Below are positions 60,400-64,000 of a stretch of DNA of 64,000 nt, in pieces. The notes under the pieces are model-generated. The model was given only the letters and a program-made list of their open reading frames with translations. It ran no database searches and had not been told where the DNA came from. The DNA lies in the NCBI GenBank assembly GCA_951406725.2, contig OX597842.1:32922001-32986000 (forward strand). Reading direction: 5' to 3'. This DNA comes from Octopus vulgaris (taxonomy: Eukaryota). Numbering within the stretch: the first letter of the stretch is position 1; every line of letters starts with the position of its first letter. The translations under genes were made by a program, and so were the position numbers.

Positions 60400-60620
60400 T
60401 AAGTCCTCATTCCGACGGACCTATGTTCAAACATGTTCCAGCTGTGACCATCCCATCTTTTACTCAGACACAGACTATCTGGGACTACATTGCCTAATGT
60501 ACAGTATAGTAGTTAGTATTAGTGGTTATAGATATTGCTGTTGCTGTTGCTGTTTAGCCCCAGGTCAGTCCTGATCCAGACAGACTTATTCAAAGATGAT
60601 CCATCTGTGACCAGCCTATG
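60400..60620 (-). repeat. ~1.4 units of the ~153-bp repeat
   Basis: gttccagctgtgaccatcccatctttt...gtttagccccaggtcagtcctgatccag. Confidence 0.85.
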
Positions 60621-60686
60621 TTTCATAAATATTAACTTTATATGTATATATATATACATACATACATACACACATATTACATACAC

Positions 60687-60752
<66 letters not shown>

Positions 60753-60816
60753 GTGTGTGTGTGTGTGTGTGTGTATCTGTAGATGTAATATGTGACAATT
60801 ATTATTCGGTAGCCAT

Positions 60817-60877
60817 GATAAAACTCCGAGTTTCGGATGCCGAGGTGGAAATCCACGCCGCCATCTCTTCAGTTATC
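60817..60877 (-). ncRNA. Type I hammerhead ribozyme (mirror copy)
   Basis: Reverse complement of 60961-61021. Confidence 0.75.
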
Positions 60878-60960
60878 TGGCCATCGGAGAAATGCTATAA
60901 AAAATTAAAAAATGCTGTGAAAAAAAAGGGATTTTTTTCATAGCATTTTTCCGATGGCCG

Positions 60961-61021
60961 GATAACTGAAGAGATGGCGGCGTGGATTTCCACCTCGGCA
61001 TCCGAAACTCGGAGTTTTATC
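60961..61021 (+). ncRNA. Type I hammerhead ribozyme
   Basis: gataa CTGAAGA gatg-gcggcgtggatttccacctcgg-catc c GAA ACT-cgg-AGT T ttatc; GUU site at 61014-61016. Confidence 0.75.
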
Positions 61022-61154
61022 ATGGCTACCGAATAATAATTGTCACATAATACATTTACGGATCAATTTACATAAATTCGACTTCTCTTCCATTATTTTA
61101 CTCTCTTAATATTTTTATCAATATATATATATATATCTCCCTCTCTCACTCTCT

Positions 61155-61200
<46 letters not shown>

Positions 61201-61454
61201 CCGAAGAGATGGTGGTGTGGATTTCCACCTCGGCGTGTCCGAAACTCAGAGTTTTATCTTGGCTACCGAATAACTGTCCCATATTAATTTACAGATTGTT
61301 TCATATTGTTTCAGTCATTTGACTGCGACCCAGTACTTATTCTATCGGTTTCTTTTGCCGAACCGCTAAGTGACGGGGACGTAAAAACACCACCATCGGC
61401 TGTCAAGCAATGCTAGGGGGACACAAACACACATACATATATATATATATATAT

Positions 61455-61940
61455 CTTATAATTAAGGGCTAAAGAAGATATTTCTAAAGCCAATATACTG
61501 ATTATCCACTTATAATCCACTTGTTACAGGAAAAGTGAACTGAAAGCGGGCAACTAACCTTTAGAAAATTTAAATTTCGTTATCTCTATATTGAATCAAT
61601 TTCGGAATTAATCCCTATAAAGGATACATTCTTCTTCAGTAGAGCTTACGAGGGAATATAAATAAAATACTCACATGTGATCATGGAAAAAGCAGAAGCT
61701 AAAAACACAACTACATTCAAGTACATCATTTATATCTAAAAATAAAAATTCCTTGGTCAGTCTCAGAACAACGGGTTGACCTATCGCCGCTACATATTGT
61801 AATGGTTACCGGTCCCCTTGTAACAAGCAGTAAGTTTACTACTAACAATATAGGATGAAGTCCCTTTCTCTACAGAAAAGGATTCCATCAAAAAGGGTGG
61901 CAGTATATTAAAAAAACCCCATTACGGTTGAAGTATAAAC

Positions 61941-61977
<37 letters not shown>

Positions 61978-62026
61978 TATAATTAAGGGCTAAAGAAGGT
62001 TATTCTATAGCCAATACACTGATTAT
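61455..62026 (-). mobile_element. (AT)n-inserted hammerhead-bearing element with a partial tandem copy of its end
   Basis: cttataattaagggctaaagaag...agccaata.actgattat at 61455 and 61976; hammerhead inside. Confidence 0.7.
61584..61644 (-). ncRNA. Type I hammerhead ribozyme
   Basis: Minus strand: ctcta CTGAAGA a-gaat-gtatcctttatagggatta-attc-c GAA ATTGA-t-TCAAT A tagag; all three stems pair; AUA site. Confidence 0.8.
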
Positions 62027-62193
62027 ATGTACGACCGGCTTCTTTCAGTTTCCGTCTACCAAATCCACTCACAAGGCATTGGTCGGCCCGGGGCTATAGC
62101 AGAAGACACTTGCCCAAGATGCCACGCAGTGGGACTGAACCGGAACCATGTGGTTGGTTAGCAAGTTACTTACCACACAGCCACTCCTGCGCC

Positions 62194-62268
<75 letters not shown>

Positions 62269-62311
62269 ATATATATATATATATGGATATATATATATAT
62301 ATATATATAAA

Positions 62312-62347
<36 letters not shown>

Positions 62348-62479
62348 CGTATATATGGGTCGAAATCAGAAACAACCACAGATGTATATGTAAAATTTAC
62401 CATAATTTTGTATTTTTGCTATATCTAAAATGTTAGTATATGTGTAACGCCGGATATATAGTATATAATATATAAATAT

Positions 62480-62810
62480 GTACAGTGGTTAGAGCGTCGA
62501 GTTTACGATCGTGAGGTTGTGAGCTCGAATCCCGGACCGGGCTGCGTGTTGTGTTCTTGAGCAAGGCACTTTATTTCACGTTGCTCCAGTTCACTCAGCT
62601 GTAGAAATGAGTTGCGACGTCACTGGTGCCAAGCTGTATCGACCTTTGTCTTTCCCTTGGATAACACTGGTGGCGTGGAGAGGGGAGACCGGTATGCATG
62701 GGCGACTGCTGGTCTTCCATAAAACAACCTTGCCCGGACTTGTGTCTAGGAGGGTAACTTTCTAGGTGCAATCCCATGGTCATTCATGACCGAAGGGGGT
62801 CTTTACCCTT
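62480..62810 (+). mobile_element. tRNA-derived SINE (family C-like head/domain, different tail)
   Basis: agtggttagagc...ctcgaatcccgg...ttcttgagcaaggcacttt; tail gggggtctttaccc also seen at ~1200-1275. Confidence 0.8.
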
Positions 62811-62813
62811 TTA

Positions 62814-62900
<87 letters not shown>

Positions 62901-63026
62901 GTATATACATATCTGTCTATCTCTATCTCTCTCTCTCTATCTATCTATCTATATATATTTGTCTATGCATCAACCTTTCCCCCTCTCACTCTCCCTCCCT
63001 CTCTCTCTCTCTCTCTGTATATATGT

Positions 63027-63063
<37 letters not shown>

Positions 63064-63828
63064 CATCTCTCTCTTTAACTGCCTCTCTCTCTATATATAT
63101 CTCTCGCTCTGTCTATATACGCATGTAGGGATGCACACATCTGCACACCTATGCATATAAAACACATACGTGTACATGTATGTATGTATGTATATCCGCA
63201 TATCCAATTACCTTAATCTGCTTTAATCCATTTTTAATCCCTTTTGACAATGTATGACGTTAATTTTGTGTAACAATCTATGTACTCCGTCACCGACACC
63301 CCTACCCCACCCCTATCCTCCTCTCACACCCACACCACCACCACCACCACCACCACCACCACAACCACCACCTCCAGCACCACCGCCACCACCACTACAA
63401 CTACTGTCACCATCACCACCATCACCAACGCCGCCGCCGCCGCCACGACCGCCTCCACCACCACCACCGCCATCTCGAACGCAGCTGTTACCCGTAGAAC
63501 ATCCACCCGTATACCACCCGTATACCACCCGGGTAAAGGAATCCCAAGCTAACCATTCCGTCACGTCGAAGTCTCATTAATTCATAGTTTAGGTTACAGC
63601 ATCGAACTTAACCACATTAGGAAAGTGAACTACAGCCTATACCACAGCGCTGACGCGAACACTTGTAGCACCACAGCCGATACTATCTCCGTTTGTACGA
63701 ATACCAGTAATCGTACCACAAGAAATGCGGCTACTACTATAACTATGATTATTAAAACTAGTACTAACTTTAACCACTTTGCTGCTACCTATACACCAGC
63801 ATCAAATCTATTACCAACACTGCTACTA

Positions 63829-63859
<31 letters not shown>

Positions 63860-64000
63860 AACCACTACTACCACTACTACTACTACCACTACTACTACTG
63901 CTGCTGCTCTAACTGCTGCTACTACTACTCCTACTACCACTATTACTACTGCTATTATCTGTACTATCTCTACTACTTCTTCTGCTACTACTACTACTAC

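Larger units (their letters stand above)
60789..61049. mobile_element. Foldback element (~110-bp arms) with a hammerhead in each arm
   Basis: 60789-60898 is a near-exact reverse complement of 60940-61049; third diverged partial copy at 61198-61290. Confidence 0.85.
61306..62193 (-). mobile_element. Family A SINE interrupted in its internal (AT)n by a hammerhead element
   Basis: Tail/body at 61306-61440 and head at 62030-62193. Confidence 0.8.

Noticed and set aside
63488-63536. miR-10/99/100-like seed (acccgtagaac) with ttacccg/cgggtaa ends
   Set aside because: Match ends after ~11 nt, and only 7 bp pair; no precursor hairpin
63254-63580. Proline-rich 108-aa ORF
   Set aside because: Built on (CAC)n/(GCC)n microsatellites; no splice or domain evidence

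Overview
This is an AT-rich, microsatellite-saturated eukaryotic intronic/intergenic window. The SINE families and the (AT)n/(TAA)n density suggest an octopus (coleoid cephalopod) genome; that is an inference from recalled repeat families. I recognise no host protein-coding exon, and nearly all ORFs in the track are microsatellite or SINE artefacts. Real coding remnants are three mariner (DD34D) transposase fossils and 5'-truncated CR1/L2-group LINE 3' ends. Other repeats: several tRNA-derived SINE families, a hAT MITE, a non-autonomous Helitron, TTAA-flanked MITE arrays, a (TAA)n-associated retroelement tail and a dispersed ~153-bp tandem repeat. The main unexplained signal is a set of minimal type I hammerhead ribozyme motifs (CUGAnGA...GAAA, palindromic stem III). 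They occur in at least five unrelated short non-coding elements embedded in or beside (AT)n tracts, and two loci are perfect foldbacks with a ribozyme on each strand. This resembles a diverse Penelope-like/retrozyme-like non-autonomous retroelement system.
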